64,000 bases of DNA from Octopus sinensis (taxonomy: Eukaryota): positions 23,746,001-23,810,000 of the forward strand of contig NC_042997.1 in the NCBI RefSeq assembly GCF_006345805.1, written 5' to 3'. Both the position numbers and the translations under genes were made by a program. Within the stretch, counting starts at the first letter, position 1. Every line of letters begins with the position of its first letter. Below the pieces are notes generated by a model, which saw only the letters and a program-made list of their open reading frames with translations, ran no database searches and was not told where the DNA came from. Shown piece by piece: positions 13,247 to 26,595 of this stretch.

Positions 13247-13310
<64 letters not shown>
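12990..13310 (+). mobile_element. 3' end of R4/Dong-type LINE with (AAT)n tail
   Basis: Translates as LWSVKKV..PII.G....KEIKKLFGKIDVKVKIEYIQK.......K.L.KVFDI*, the same C-terminal block as the LINEs at 16 kb and 22.9 kb; followed by 3' UTR and (AAT)n. Confidence 0.7.
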
Positions 13311-13312
<2 letters not shown>

Positions 13313-13313
<1 letters not shown>

Positions 13314-13867
13314 GTCCTGATGCAGTACCAGGCAGTGGCTCTCATGGCTTCTGATCTTAACTGATTGGAAGTGTTATCATGTACGTTGTTTTGTCTTGTT
13401 ATAAAAGATGGGCTACAGCAAATATTCTGCTCAATACCACAGATTTGCTTGTCAGTTGTTTGACCTTAACCAGTTGAGCATGTCCCTTAGTGGCTGACGA
13501 TATGTGCATCTCTGATCACGAGCAGAAGTAGTGGGGGAGCATCATAGCCATGTGTTGAGAGGGATTCTTTGGGGTTTGAATAATTCACCTCTGGAAACAT
13601 GGGTGTTTCATTCAACATCCTTAAACAACCCTTATTCAGGGACCTTTTGAACGGGATGGGCTTCTCGATCTGAAGAAAATTCTAACTGGGCCCCACCTGC
13701 AAGGTCATGCGCTGTTTACCTTGATATGAGATCACCATGTCGCGCACATATGGTTGTGATGCATGTGCCTGGTGTACCCTTATCAGACGGGTAGTCATGA
13801 TGGGTATATTGGGCTTCGTATATTTTACCCCAGTGTCACTTTGATGGCATGAACTGCTCTCTCACTC

Positions 13868-13868
<1 letters not shown>
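13313..13868 (+). mobile_element. 556-bp non-coding interspersed element embedded in (AAT)n, class uncertain
   Basis: Homologous to 16905-17435 and 20395-20921; (AAT)n on both sides; TG...CA ends; no ORF, no tRNA head. Confidence 0.75.
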
Positions 13869-13924
<56 letters not shown>

Positions 13925-14039
13925 CATCATAGATGGCTGGGTGTGACAGCGACTGGACGTGTTCTTCGCTGCTCTGACTTGTCAGCAGCTGAAGACACAG
14001 AAACACTAATACAACCCAGCAGGACAACTGAAAAATTAT

Positions 14040-14530
14040 TCTAAAAGCCTGGAATATCTACAGTTTCCTGTGAGCATTTTGAATTCCTCTCAAAATAAGT
14101 TAAAAATCTTACATATCTACAGCTTTCGAACGCATAAACGATCAGCTTTAAATCTTTTAATATCTACACCTTCTGTGAATACCTATCATTTCCTTTCCCC
14201 CAGAGTATTCGAAAATGTAAACATCCTCTTTATTCCAAGAACACTACAGTTTCAGACAAAAGATCATCTCCATAAATTTTTAAAACTTCATACCAACAAA
14301 TTTCTGTGAAAATATTTTACCTTCCTTTTTTTTCTGTTCCTTTTCCCCTGAATATTTGAAAATGTAAACACCCTTTTTATTGTAAAAATGCACCACAGTT
14401 TTCTCTGAATGGACACACAAACGAACACTTTAAAAATTTTAGAAACTTTAATATCTCCAATCTTGTATGAACATTTTTCCTTTCTTTCTTCCCTGACTAA
14501 CAGAATATGTAAACATGCCTTTTATTGTAA
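14040..14530 (+). repeat. Degenerate ~140-bp tandem repeat, about 3 units
   Basis: Recurring aatatctac..ctgtga and gaaaatgtaaaca(t/c)cct..ttatt blocks. Confidence 0.45.
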
Positions 14531-14734
14531 CAACGAAATTAAGTGCACGATAAAAAATTAAGGAAGTAAGCATCTACAAATATATACATACTGCACAATT
14601 ACAAAAACTGTAAACCAAAGCAAAACTTTTAAAAAGAAAAGAAAAATTCCAAAAGAAAAAGGAAAAGAAATTCAGAAATTCAAAAATCCAATAAAGTGAA
14701 CATCTCTTCCTCATACTATTCCTCAAAACTGGAA

Positions 14735-16246
14735 TAATTACCGCTGGGGGAGGTTATGAAGGGGATAGAAGAGACGGGCTATAAGTACTTGGGGATTTTG
14801 GAAATGGATAAATTGATGGAGAAAGAAATAACAGAAACATTTAAGGTGGAGTACTTGCGCAGACTGAGACTGATCCTTGAGTCGAAATTAAACGGAAGGA
14901 ATAAGATCGAAGCTATCAATACCCGGGTGGTTTCACTCCTTAGATATGGAGCAGGGATAATCGCGTGAACAGTAGACGAACTAAATAGCTTAGACAGAAA
15001 GACAAGGAAGTTGCTGACTAAATATGGGATACTCCACCCAAAAAGGTGACATAGACAAGAAAAAGAGGAGGAAGATTGATTGGATGCAAACAGAGCATTA
15101 GAACAGGAAAAAACAACATAATCGCATTGACAGTAGACGAACTAAGCAGCTTCGATAGAAAGACAAGGAAGTTGTTGACTAGATATGGGTCACTCCACCC
15201 AAAAAGATGACACAGACAGAGTGTATGTACCAAGAAAAAGAGGGGCAAGAGTACTTATTGGATGCAAATACATCATTAGAGCAGGAAGAAACAACAAATG
15301 CCACAGAACCGCTATTATTAGAAGTAAGAAGACTGGTCTTGTGTAAGATGAAATATTGCAAAGATAAAGCACCATACAAGAAATTGAAAACGAATGAAAC
15401 TGAAAATAGGTGGTTAAAGAAAAGAATGCATGGTCAATTTGAAGATAAGACAGACAAAGGAAAAAAGATGTCTGTGGATGACTAGAAGTGATTTAAAACC
15501 GGAAACGAAGGCTTTAATCTGTGCTGCCCAAGAGCAAGCACTAAGAACAAACTACATAAAATACAGAATAGACAATACAGCAGAAAGTCATAAGTGCAGA
15601 ATCTGTGGACAAAACGGTGAACTGATGAAACTGCATGGGATATTATCAGCTAATGTACGCCACTAGTCCAGAAAGAATATGAGACATCATGAAAACATAC
15701 CAAGATTGTCCATTGGACATATTGCAACAAGTATGGACTTGACAGAGCAAAACATTGGTACCACCACAAAACTGAAGGCATCGTCGAAAATAGAAATGTA
15801 AAGATCCGATGGGATTTTATGATTCAGTGCGACCATGAGATAGAGAATAGGCAGCTAGACATAGTGTTAACTGAGAAAGAAGACAAACTACGCTGGATCA
15901 TAGATATTGCATGCCCAGCTGACAACAAGGAATGTGGTCAGGAAGAAAGAAAAGTCGATAGATATGACAGGTTAGCTTGGGAAGTTAAGATGTTGTGGTC
16001 GATGAAAAAGGCAGCGGTAGTACCAATAATTATCAGAGCCCTGTGAACAGCGAGCAAAAATCTCGAGAAGTACCGGGAACAAATAGAGACTGCAATAAGG
16101 TTGGAGCACTTGCAGAAAACAGCACTGCTTGGAACCGCTCGAATACTCTGGAAGGTGCTCGAAAAATAAGAGGTGTTACCTTACTTCACTGGTAGGGAAT
16201 AGCTGACACCGTAGTACATCTCCAGCACGAGAACCTGGGCAAAGGC
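14735..16246 (+). mobile_element. R4/Dong-clade RLE LINE, 3' fragment (copy A), decayed
   Basis: RT C-terminus YKYLGILE...SKLNGRNKIEAINT; LICAAQEQALRTNYIK; zinc knuckle KCRICGQNGET; RLE region WDFMIQCDHEI..RQLDIV...IIDIACP; (AAT)n tail; internal 161-bp tandem duplication (14969/15130). Confidence 0.9.
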
Positions 16247-16271
16247 AATAATAATAATAATAATAATAATA

Positions 16272-16308
<37 letters not shown>

Positions 16309-16496
16309 CTTTTCTACTCAAGGAGGGGCCAGCCGATTAGATCGACCCCAGTATGCAACTGGTACTTAATTATCGACCCCGAAAGGATGAAAAGCAAAGT
16401 CGACCTCGGCGGAATTTGAACTCAGAACGTTAAGACAGATGAAATACTGCTAAGCATTTTGCCCGGCGTGCTAACGTTTCTGCCATTTCTCCGCCT
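16309..16496 (-). mobile_element. SINE S2 inserted in (AAT)n
   Basis: Minus strand AGGCGGAGAAATGGCAGAAACGTTAGCACGCCGGGC...GTTCAAATTCCGCCGAGGTCGAC. Confidence 0.9.
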
Positions 16497-16582
16497 AATA
16501 ATAATTGTAATAGTGATGATAATAATAATAATAATAACAACAACAACAACAACAACAACAATATAATATAATAATAATAATA

Positions 16583-16613
<31 letters not shown>

Positions 16614-16617
16614 AATA

Positions 16618-16661
<44 letters not shown>

Positions 16662-16669
16662 AATAATAA

Positions 16670-16760
16670 CACCAACATGAACTTCCAACTTGTTGTCTCT
16701 TGAGGTCTTGGTGAGACTTGGAGCCAACTTGTACAAATGTAAAGCAAAAGTCAAACATAG
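16670..16760 (+). mobile_element. ~90-bp stub between triplet repeats, probably a 5'-truncated LINE 3' UTR
   Basis: Unique sequence flanked by (GAT/AAT)n and (AAT)n; duplicated at ~20168-20259. Class is inferred. Confidence 0.45.
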
Positions 16761-16786
16761 AATAATAAGTAATAATAATAATAATA

Positions 16787-17467
<681 letters not shown>

Positions 17468-17539
17468 AATAATAATAATAATAATAACAACAACAATTAT
17501 AATAATGATGATGATAATAATGATAACAATAATAATAAT

Positions 17540-19733
17540 CTTCTTTCTCTCTATGTATGATCAATGGAGAGAAAGAGGAATGTTTCAACTCACAGAACAG
17601 CGATCATGTGATCAAGCTAGAGCAATAAGAAAAGATCGTTGGTTCACAGAAGTAGAGCTCGAAGCTGTCAAAAGATGGGTATTGGAAAATAGCAGCAGAG
17701 ATAACAATGAAAATACAGTTCTTACTAATAAAAGTAATCTCATAGCAGAAAACAGATGAAAACAGAGGTGAAATCTCTAATAGTCCACAGGAAAGGAACA
17801 GTGATAGCTTGCTCGATGAAAGACATATAAATGGTATGGAAGAAGACAATAAAACTAATGGTGACATGACAGATGAGCAAAAGGCAATCTGCGACAGAAT
17901 AAGGCATAGCTACAGAAGAACGATAGCTACATTATTTGCAACCTTAAAAAGGTTGATCGGTGGAAATTGAACCAAGAAACGAAAAATGTCAATGACCTGA
18001 GGAAAGCAAAGGCTGGGTATGTATTCAAGAGCCGCCAACAGAAAGTCAACCATTTGTTATTCATGGATGACCGCAAACTTTATGGTAAAGATGAAGCCCG
18101 ATCAGTTCCCTCGTTGATACGGTGTATACTTTCAATGCTGAAATCAGAATGGAGTTCGGACTGAGAAAGTGTGGGGTGTTAGTCTTGCAGAGATGCAAAA
18201 TCAAATGTATGACAGGCTAGTGTCGTCGGGGTGAGACCGACTTATGATGCAGATAGAAGAGACGGTCTATAAGACTTGGGAGATATTGGAAACTGATGAA
18301 TTGATGGAGAAAGAAATGACAGAAACATTTAAGGTGGAGTACTTGCACAGACTGAACTGATCCTTAAGTCGAAACAAACGGAACGGAATAAGGTCGAAGC
18401 TAGCAACACCTGAGCGGTTTCACTCCTTAGATATGGAGCAGGGGTAACTCGCGGGACAGTAGACGAACTAAACAGCTTAGACAGAAAAAACAAGGAAGTT
18501 GCTAACTCGATATGGGATACTCCACCCCGAAAGGTGACACAGACAAGAAAAAGAGGAGGAAGATTGATTGGATGCAAACAGAGCATTAGAACAGGAAAAA
18601 ACAACATAATCGCATTGACAGTAGACGAACTAAGCAGCTTCGATAGAAAGACAAGGAAGTTGTGACTAGATATGGTCACTCCACCCAAAAAGATGACACA
18701 GACAGAGTGTTATGTACCAAGAAAAAGAGGGGCAAGAGTACTTATTGGAGTGCAAATACATCATTAGAGCAGAGAAGAAGAAGAAACAACAAATGCCACA
18801 GAACCGCTATTATTAGAAGTAAGAGAGACTGGTCTTTGTAAGATGAAATATTGCAAAGATAAAGCACCATACAAGAAATGAAAAAACGAATGAAACTGAA
18901 AATAGGTGGTTAAAGAAAAGAATGCATGGTCAATTTGAAGATAAGACAGACAAAGGAAAAAAGATGTCTGTGGATGACTAGAAGTGATTTAAAACCGGAA
19001 ACGAAGGCTTTAATCTGTGCTGCCCAAGAGCAAGCACTAAGAACAAACTACATAAAATACAGAATAGACAATACAGCAGAAAGTCATAAGTGCAGAATCT
19101 GTGGACAAAACGGTGAAACTGCATGGGATATTATCAGCTAATGTACGCCACTAGTCCAGAAAGAATATGAGACATCATGAAAACATACCAAAGATTGTCC
19201 ATTGGACATATTGCAACAAGTATGGACTTGACAGAGCAAAACATTGGTACCACCACAAAACTGAAGGCATCGTCGAAAATAGAAATGTAAAGATCCGATG
19301 GGATTTTATGATTCAGTGCGACCATGAGATAGAGAATAGGCAGCTAGACATAGTGTTAACTGAGAAAGAAGACAAACTACGCTGGATCATAGATATTGCA
19401 TGCCCAGCTGACAACAAGGATGTGGTCAGGAAGAAAGAAAAGTCGGATATGACAGGTTAGCTTGGGAAGTTAAGATGTTTGTGGTCGATGAAAAAGGCAG
19501 CAGGTAGTACCAATAATTATCAGAGCCCTGTGAACAGCGAGCAAAAATCTCGAGAAGTACCGGGAACAAATAGAGACTGCAATAAGGTTGGAGCACTTGC
19601 AGAAAACAGCACTGCTTGGAACCGCTCGAATACTCTGGAAGGTGCTCGAAAAATAAGAGGTGTTACCTTACTTCACTGGTAGGGAATAGCTGACACCGTA
19701 GTACATCTCCAGCACGAGAACCTGGGCAAAGGC
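17540..19733 (+). mobile_element. R4/Dong LINE copy B, internally deleted and chimeric (C-type 5', A-type 3')
   Basis: N-terminal MYDQWRERGMFQLTEQRSCDQARAIRKDRWF; joins at ~17996 to RT NHLLFMDD; CCHC and RLE motifs; (AAT)n tail. Confidence 0.9.
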
Positions 19734-19796
<63 letters not shown>

Positions 19797-19986
19797 CTTT
19801 TCTACTCAAGGAGGGGGCCAGCCGATTAGATCGACCCCAGTATGCAACTGGTACTTAATTTATCGACCCCCGAAAGGATGAAAAGCAAAGTCGACCTCGG
19901 CGGAATTTGAACTCAGAACGTTAAGACAGATGAAATACTGCTAAGCATTTTGCCCGGCGTGCTAACGTTTCTGCCATTTCTCCGCC
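19797..19986 (-). mobile_element. SINE S2, duplicate of 16309-16496
   Basis: Near-identical sequence. Confidence 0.9.
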
Positions 19987-20053
19987 TAATAATAATTGTA
20001 ATAGTGATGATAATAATAATAATAATAACAACAACAACAACAACAACAACAAC

Positions 20054-20103
<50 letters not shown>

Positions 20104-20111
20104 TAATAATA

Positions 20112-20158
<47 letters not shown>

Positions 20159-20284
20159 AATAATAACACCAACATGAACTTCCAACTTGTTGTCTCTTGA
20201 GGTCTCTTGGTGAGACTTGGAGCCAACTTGTACAAATGTAAAGCAAAAGTCAAACATAGAATAATAATAGTAATAATAATAATA

Positions 20285-20333
<49 letters not shown>

Positions 20334-20394
20334 TAATAATAATATAATAATAATATTAATAATAATAATATAATAATAATATAATAATAATAAA

Positions 20395-20921
20395 TACCCT
20401 GACACAGAACCAGGCACTAGCTTTCATGACTTCTGATCTTAACTGATTGGATGTGTAAAAAGATGAGCCACAACAAATATTTTGCTCAATACCATAGACT
20501 TGCTTGTCAGTTGCTTGGCCGTAACCAGCTGAGCATGTCCCTTAGTGGCTGACAATATGTGCATCTCTGATCACGAGCAGGAGTAGTGGTGGAGTATCAT
20601 AGAAATGTGTTGAGAGGCATTCTTTTCTGAGTAATTCACATCTGGAAGCATGTGTGTTTTGTTCATCATCCTTAAACAACCCTCATTCAGAGAACTTTTG
20701 AGCGGGATGGGCTACTAAACCTGTAGAAAGTTCTAACTATGCCCCATCTGCAAAGTTATGTGCTGTTTATCTTGATATAAGTTCACCGTGTTGCGCACAT
20801 ATGGTTGTGATGCATGTGTCTGGTGTACTCTTATCAGACGGGTACTCACGATGGGTATATTGGGCTTCGTATATTCGTACCCCAGTGTCACTGTCGATGG
20901 CATGCATTACTCTCTCCCTCA
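20395..20921 (+). mobile_element. Duplicate of 16905-17435
   Basis: Near-identical sequence. Confidence 0.85.
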
Positions 20922-20953
<32 letters not shown>

Positions 20954-21025
20954 AATAATAATAATAATAATAACAACAACAATTATAATAATGATGATGA
21001 TAATAATGATAACAATAATAATAAT

Positions 21026-23021
21026 CTTCTTTCTCTCTATGTATGATCAATGGAGAGAAAGAGGAATGTTTCAACTCACAGAACAGCGATCATGTGATCA
21101 AGCTAGAGCAATAAGAAAAGATCGTTGGTTCACAGAAGTAGAGCTCGAAGCTGTCAAAAGATGGGTATTGGAAAATAGCAGCAGAGATAACAATGAAAAT
21201 ACAGTTCTTACTAATAAAAGTAATCTCATAGCAGAAAACAGAGGTGAAATCTCTAATAGTCCACAGGAAAGGAACAGTGATAGCTTGCTCGATGAAAGAC
21301 ATATAAATGGTATGGAAGAAGACAATAAAACTAATGGTGACATGACAGATGAGCAAAAGGCAATCTGCGACAGAATAAAGGCATAGCTACAGAAGAACGA
21401 TAGCTACATTATTTGCAACCTTAAAAAGGTTGATCGGTGGAAATTGAACCAAGAAACGAAAAATGTCAATGACCTGAGGAAAGCAAAGGCTGGGTATGTA
21501 TTCAAGAGCCGCCAACAGAAAGTCAACCATTTGTTATTCATGGATGACCGCAAACTTTATGGTAAAGATGAAGCCCGATCAGTTCCCTCGTTGATACGGT
21601 GTATACTTTCAATGCTGAAATCAGAATGGAGTTCGGACTGAGAAAGTGTGGGGTGTTAGTCTTGCAGAGATGCAAAATCAAATGTATGGACAGGCTAGTG
21701 ATACCGTCGGGGGACGTTATGATGCAGATAGAAGAGACGGTCTATAAGTACTTGGAGATATTGGAAACTGATGAATTGATGGAGAAAGAAATGACAGAAA
21801 CATTTAAGGTGGAGTACTTGCACAGACTGTAACTGATCCTTAAGTCGAAATCAAACGGACGGAATAAGGTCGAAGCTAGCAACACCTGAGCGGTTTCACT
21901 CCTTAGATATGGAGCAGGGGTACTCGCGTGGACAGTAGACGAACTAAACAGCTTAGACAGAAAAACAAGGAAGTTGCTAACTAGATATGGGATACTCCAC
22001 CCCGAAAGGTGACACAGACAAGAAAAAGAGGAGGAAGAGGACTTATTGGATGCGAACACAGCATTAGAGCGGGAGAAAACAACATAGTATGATATGTAAA
22101 AAATGCCACGGAACCGCTATTATTGGAAGTAAGAAGGTCAGGCTTGCGTAGGATGGAAGTTTGCAAAGATAAAGCACTGCGCAATCACTTGAGAATGAAT
22201 GAAACTGAAAATAGGTGGATAAAGAAATTTCATAGGGATGTTGAAGATAAGATAGACAGAGAAAAAAGATGGTTGTGGATGACTAAAAGTAATTTAAAAC
22301 CGGAAACGGCGGCTCTAATCTGTGCTGCCTGCCCAAGAGCAAGTATTAAGAACGAATTACATCAATACAGAATAGACAATACATCAGAAAGTGATAAGTG
22401 CAGAATTTGTGGACAAAATGGTGAAACCGTATGACATATCACCAGCCAATGTACGCCACTATCCCAGAAAGAATATAAGAGACGTCATGACAACATAGCA
22501 ATGATTGTCCATTGGACATTTTGCAACTAGTATGGACTTGACAAAGCAAAAAGACGGTTCAAACATAAACCCGTAGGCATAATCGAAAATGATAATGCAA
22601 AGATCTTATGGGATTTTAAGATTCAGTACGACTATGATATAGACAATAAGAAACCAGATATAGTGGTAATTGAGAAAGAAAGCAAACGATGCTGGATCAT
22701 TGATATAGCATACCCAGCTGACAACAAGGAATGCGGTAAGAAAGAAAGAAAATTCGATAAATATGACAGGTTAGCTTGGGAGGTTAAGCAGTTTGGTCGC
22801 TGAAAAAAGGTGGTAGTAGTACCAATAATTATCGGAGCCCTGACAATACTGAGAAAAAAATCTTGAGAAGTACAAGGAACAAATAGGGGCTGCAATAAGA
22901 GTGGAGCACCTGCAGAAAGCAGCACTGCTTGGAACTGCTCGAATACTCCGGATGTTGCTCGAAAAATAATACAGCTGACACCGTAGTACATCTCCAGCAT
23001 TAGAAGCTGTGAAAAGACAAT

Positions 23022-23025
<4 letters not shown>
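21026..23025 (+). mobile_element. R4/Dong LINE copy C, internally deleted and decayed
   Basis: Same N-terminus and FMDD junction as copy B; KCRICGQNGETV*HI..C; RRHDNIA; KKPDIVVI...IIDIAYP (RLE PD..D); PIIIGAL; LLGTARILR; (AAT)n tail. Confidence 0.9.
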
Positions 23026-23087
<62 letters not shown>

Positions 23088-23479
23088 TATTAAATGATTA
23101 GCGATGTTATTTGAACATTCAGTAAATACAGCCAATATTTAGTTTGTATTTTTCTTTCCTTGATTATAATAATACTGGTTTCACTAACAAATAACAATGC
23201 GCAATTACAATAAAATAGAGAAAATGAGACACAAACAAAAAATCTTACATTGAACCAGCTCTAAAGAAAACCAACGATATTCAACACAGAAAGTTTGGCC
23301 AATAATACAATGAAATATAAAAATATCACCCGCTGGTTTAGGATTTAGAAAGAATACTATATCGCGAGTGTAATATCCACATGATGCGAACCACTTGTGA
23401 CCCAATCATCGTAATGTTAATTACCTCTCGCTAGTGTCTATCGACATATAACAATAGGTACATAAATCAAAAGTACCGC

Positions 23480-25160
23480 TGAGGAGAGTTACACTTTTTG
23501 TACGTAGCTATACAATATCCAACACATTGTACACAGCCATACTGCAGCCAACATATACTACTCATATAAGAGATCTGGGAGAATACGAGAAGAAAAAGCA
23601 TATAGATGTGAGGTAGAAAGTAGATTCAAACACATTAGCGAATGTACAGAGATTTATAAAAAAATAATTAAAAATTCTTAGCTATCGATTATAGAATAAC
23701 TCATACACAAAGAATACGTACTGAAAATAAAATAAACGAACAGAGCTCATCTAAAAATCACAATCTCACAAAACCCAATGAAATCACCACAAGATTTATT
23801 ACACACGAAGTAGAGGAGACCAAAAAACAAACATAATACAAAAATAAAATGATCGCGTATGGCAGATGAGCCATCAAATCATAATGAAGATAACACAACA
23901 GATCCGACCACACATGACGATAACAAGTTACCACCACGAAATGTAAACAGACATACAAAAAAGCTAAGGAAGGACGAAAACACACACAAGACCCATGAAA
24001 ACAACTTGGCAAATATCCAACCTCAACAAAAATATATTTTCGCTCCACACATAATAATAATAAAAAGAATTTAAACTCACATCATAACAGAATAAGCAGA
24101 GTCAACAATGAGAAAAAAAAATCTTTTAGAACAACAAAGAAAATATAATTAAACATAGAAAAATCAATAAATACAATCAATAAAATACCTCTCGAAGCTT
24201 CGAATAAACAAACATATCCAGGAAATAATAGTCAAATACAATACGATCATCAATTTTTTTTCTCTCCACAAAAGCAAACCCCAAAAAAACAATAAGGTTA
24301 AACAACCAAATTTTACTGGTGGTCGTAGCAGTGTGGAGGGAAAACCGGATAAGTCAACTCTCACCCAAGCCCCTCATAAAACAGTGGAAAGAAAAATATA
24401 TTATTCAAAATTGACCGAATGAGAAATGACCTGTCCTTATTCAGAGAAATAGAAAGGGATCTAAGAGGAAACGATAAAAAAATCCCAAAAGAACAAACGA
24501 ATCCAATATTAATAAAAAATCAATCTCAAGAAAAGGAAAAGAGATCCTGGAAGTGAAAGAAAGATCAAAACACCTGCTTCTGGCAAAAACTTTCCGGTTA
24601 AGACGCTTTGAAATACGTGAGAGCAGCTTCTTCAATCAGAATCGTGTACTTCAAAAAAACAAACAAAAAAAAAACAATAAAGAAATAAAAATAAAATAGA
24701 AACAAACAAACAAAAGACAAAATAAAAAAAACTTGAACATTCTCCTGGGACATCAGTAAAATATTAAAAAAATGAAAAAACAGAATATTGGAAGATACGT
24801 TAACATCAAAAGAAATCCAATTACACTGGGAGAACATATGGAACAATAATGTTCACTGCAATAACGATACTCAATAGATTGCAAGAAGGAGGGAAAATGT
24901 ATAATAACACAGCGAGGATCGCCCTGGATTATGAACAGGGAATTTACTAGCGAAATCAAGGCCGCTGGTAGCCGAAAGGTTCCAAGGTTGATAATAATCC
25001 TAACTTCTGGTGGAAGTACTTCAGCAGTATACAAGGATCTGTAGCAACAGCATTCAATGAGTTATTACAAAGACTAGAATCAACATCGAACTGATGACTA
25101 GATACCAAACATCCAAATAATATTAAGGAACCCCGCCACAAACCAGAGAGCAATAATGTT
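23480..25160 (+). mobile_element. Heavily decayed 5' half of another R4-type LINE
   Basis: Remnants LLLAKTFRLRRFE...FFNQNRV and FWWKYFSSIQGSVATAFNELLQ...HKPESN resemble the R4 pre-RT region and early RT motifs; many stops and frameshifts. Confidence 0.55.
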
Positions 25161-25414
25161 TATTAACTATATATAAAGAAGTGGTTTTTGTACACTTTGA
25201 TAAATTGACCGCTCAGCTAGAAAATAAGAATATTTTATAAGAGGAGCAAAACAGAGTGTCAGAAACAAACAAAAAATTGTAGAGAGGCAACAAAAAACTA
25301 TTGGTAAAACGAACAGTTATCGAAAAGATTAGAAAAAAGAAGCGAAAATCGATCACAGATTGATAATAAAAAAAATCATTCTCCATAATCTTAGACGTTG
25401 TATATGTTTTACGT

Positions 25415-25572
25415 AGGCGGAGGCAGAGCTGTGTGGTTAAGAAGCTCGCGTTGCAACCGCATGGTTTCGAGTTCAGTCTCACTGTGAAGCATCTTGGACG
25501 AGTGCTTTTATCTATTGCCTCAGGCCGGTCATGCCTTGTGAGTAGACAAAAACTGTGTTGAAGTCGTCGTGT
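25415..25572 (+). mobile_element. SINE S1 head, decayed
   Basis: ggcagagctgtgtggttaagaagctcg...ggtttcgagttcagtc...ccttgtgagt. Confidence 0.7.
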
Positions 25573-25600
25573 ATACATACATGCATACATGTATGTGTAT

Positions 25601-25632
<32 letters not shown>

Positions 25633-25679
25633 ATATTATATATATATATATATTATATATATCTATATATATATATATA

Positions 25680-26078
25680 TCTTTATATATAAAAGTGAGG
25701 TTGTGTGCTGTCTGTCTCCTACGATTTAGATTCCTAACTACTCCCACATTTTGCGGTGCAGTTTAACCAAAACCGGGTACCTTATAGTCGTGATTCATAT
25801 CGAGCCCTTCTGGGTATTAGCGCGCGTCTACGATGAGTCTACGATTTTAAAAATAATTTACCATCAATTTCTCCCATTTTAAATGCATTTTTGGCATATA
25901 TAAGGGAAGTAACTCTCTAAAAATTTATTATTAAATCTCAGAACGAAAAAAAGCTACAGTAACACCCCCCCCCTTTGTGGTTAGCCATATTGAGATGGCT
26001 ATTATACTTTACATCTCTAAAAATGCTTATATAGTTATTTCCCTTACAAACCCGAGCAACGCCGGGAGATACTGCTAG
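25680..26078 (+). mobile_element. Non-autonomous Helitron, 399 bp
   Basis: A|TCTTTATATATAAAAG...CCCGAGCAACGCCGGG-AGATACTG-CTAG|T; homologous to 7456-7855. Confidence 0.9.
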
Positions 26079-26179
26079 TTTAAATATAAGCATATTATGG
26101 GTAAAAATTATTAAAAATAATAATTTATAACAGTGGCCAGCATGCATAAAAAATTGTCTATAGGCTGTAAATAATTTAT

Positions 26180-26233
<54 letters not shown>

Positions 26234-26249
26234 TGTGTGTGTATAACCA

Positions 26250-26461
26250 TAGGTAATTATACGTGACTTTCTTGCTTGCTGAAAGATGTCAGATCTTCAA
26301 ACCACAAAAAATACCTTCTCATGCATAGCGCGTTGGATGTAAGCTGGTAAGGCAATATGAAAAAATGTATGAGAACTTATCTTTCGTGGTTTGAAGATCT
26401 GACATCTTTAAGCAAGCAAGGAAGCCACTTGGTGGTCTGTCTCTTAATGAATAATTACGTA
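26250..26461. mobile_element. Small foldback/MITE-like element
   Basis: cttgcttgctgaaagatgtcagatcttcaaaccac (26271) inverted against gtggtttgaagatctgacatctttaagcaagcaag (~26386-26420). Confidence 0.65.
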
Positions 26462-26542
26462 TTTTTATGCATATATATAAGAATTTTTTGCGTAATGAGA
26501 TAAAAACCAAGGCTGTGTAGATAGTAGAACATTTATAGATAG

Positions 26543-26595
26543 GTCTTACAGCTGTTTCCAGAATGTTTATTAATTATATTCCCTTCATTGGAGAC
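26543..26595 (-). ncRNA. Degenerate minimal hammerhead-like motif (PLE type)
   Basis: Minus strand GTCT-C-CAATGA-AGGGAAT..ATTCTG-GAAAC-AGCT-GTA-AGAC: helix I GTCT/AGAC, helix III C-G closing a palindromic AGCT loop, GUA triplet; core CUGAUGA altered to CCAAUGA. Confidence 0.45.

Noticed and set aside
13313-13380. Possible HDV-like ribozyme at the start of the 556-bp element
   Set aside because: I could not build a nested double pseudoknot conserved between copies by eye; needs a covariance or descriptor search.
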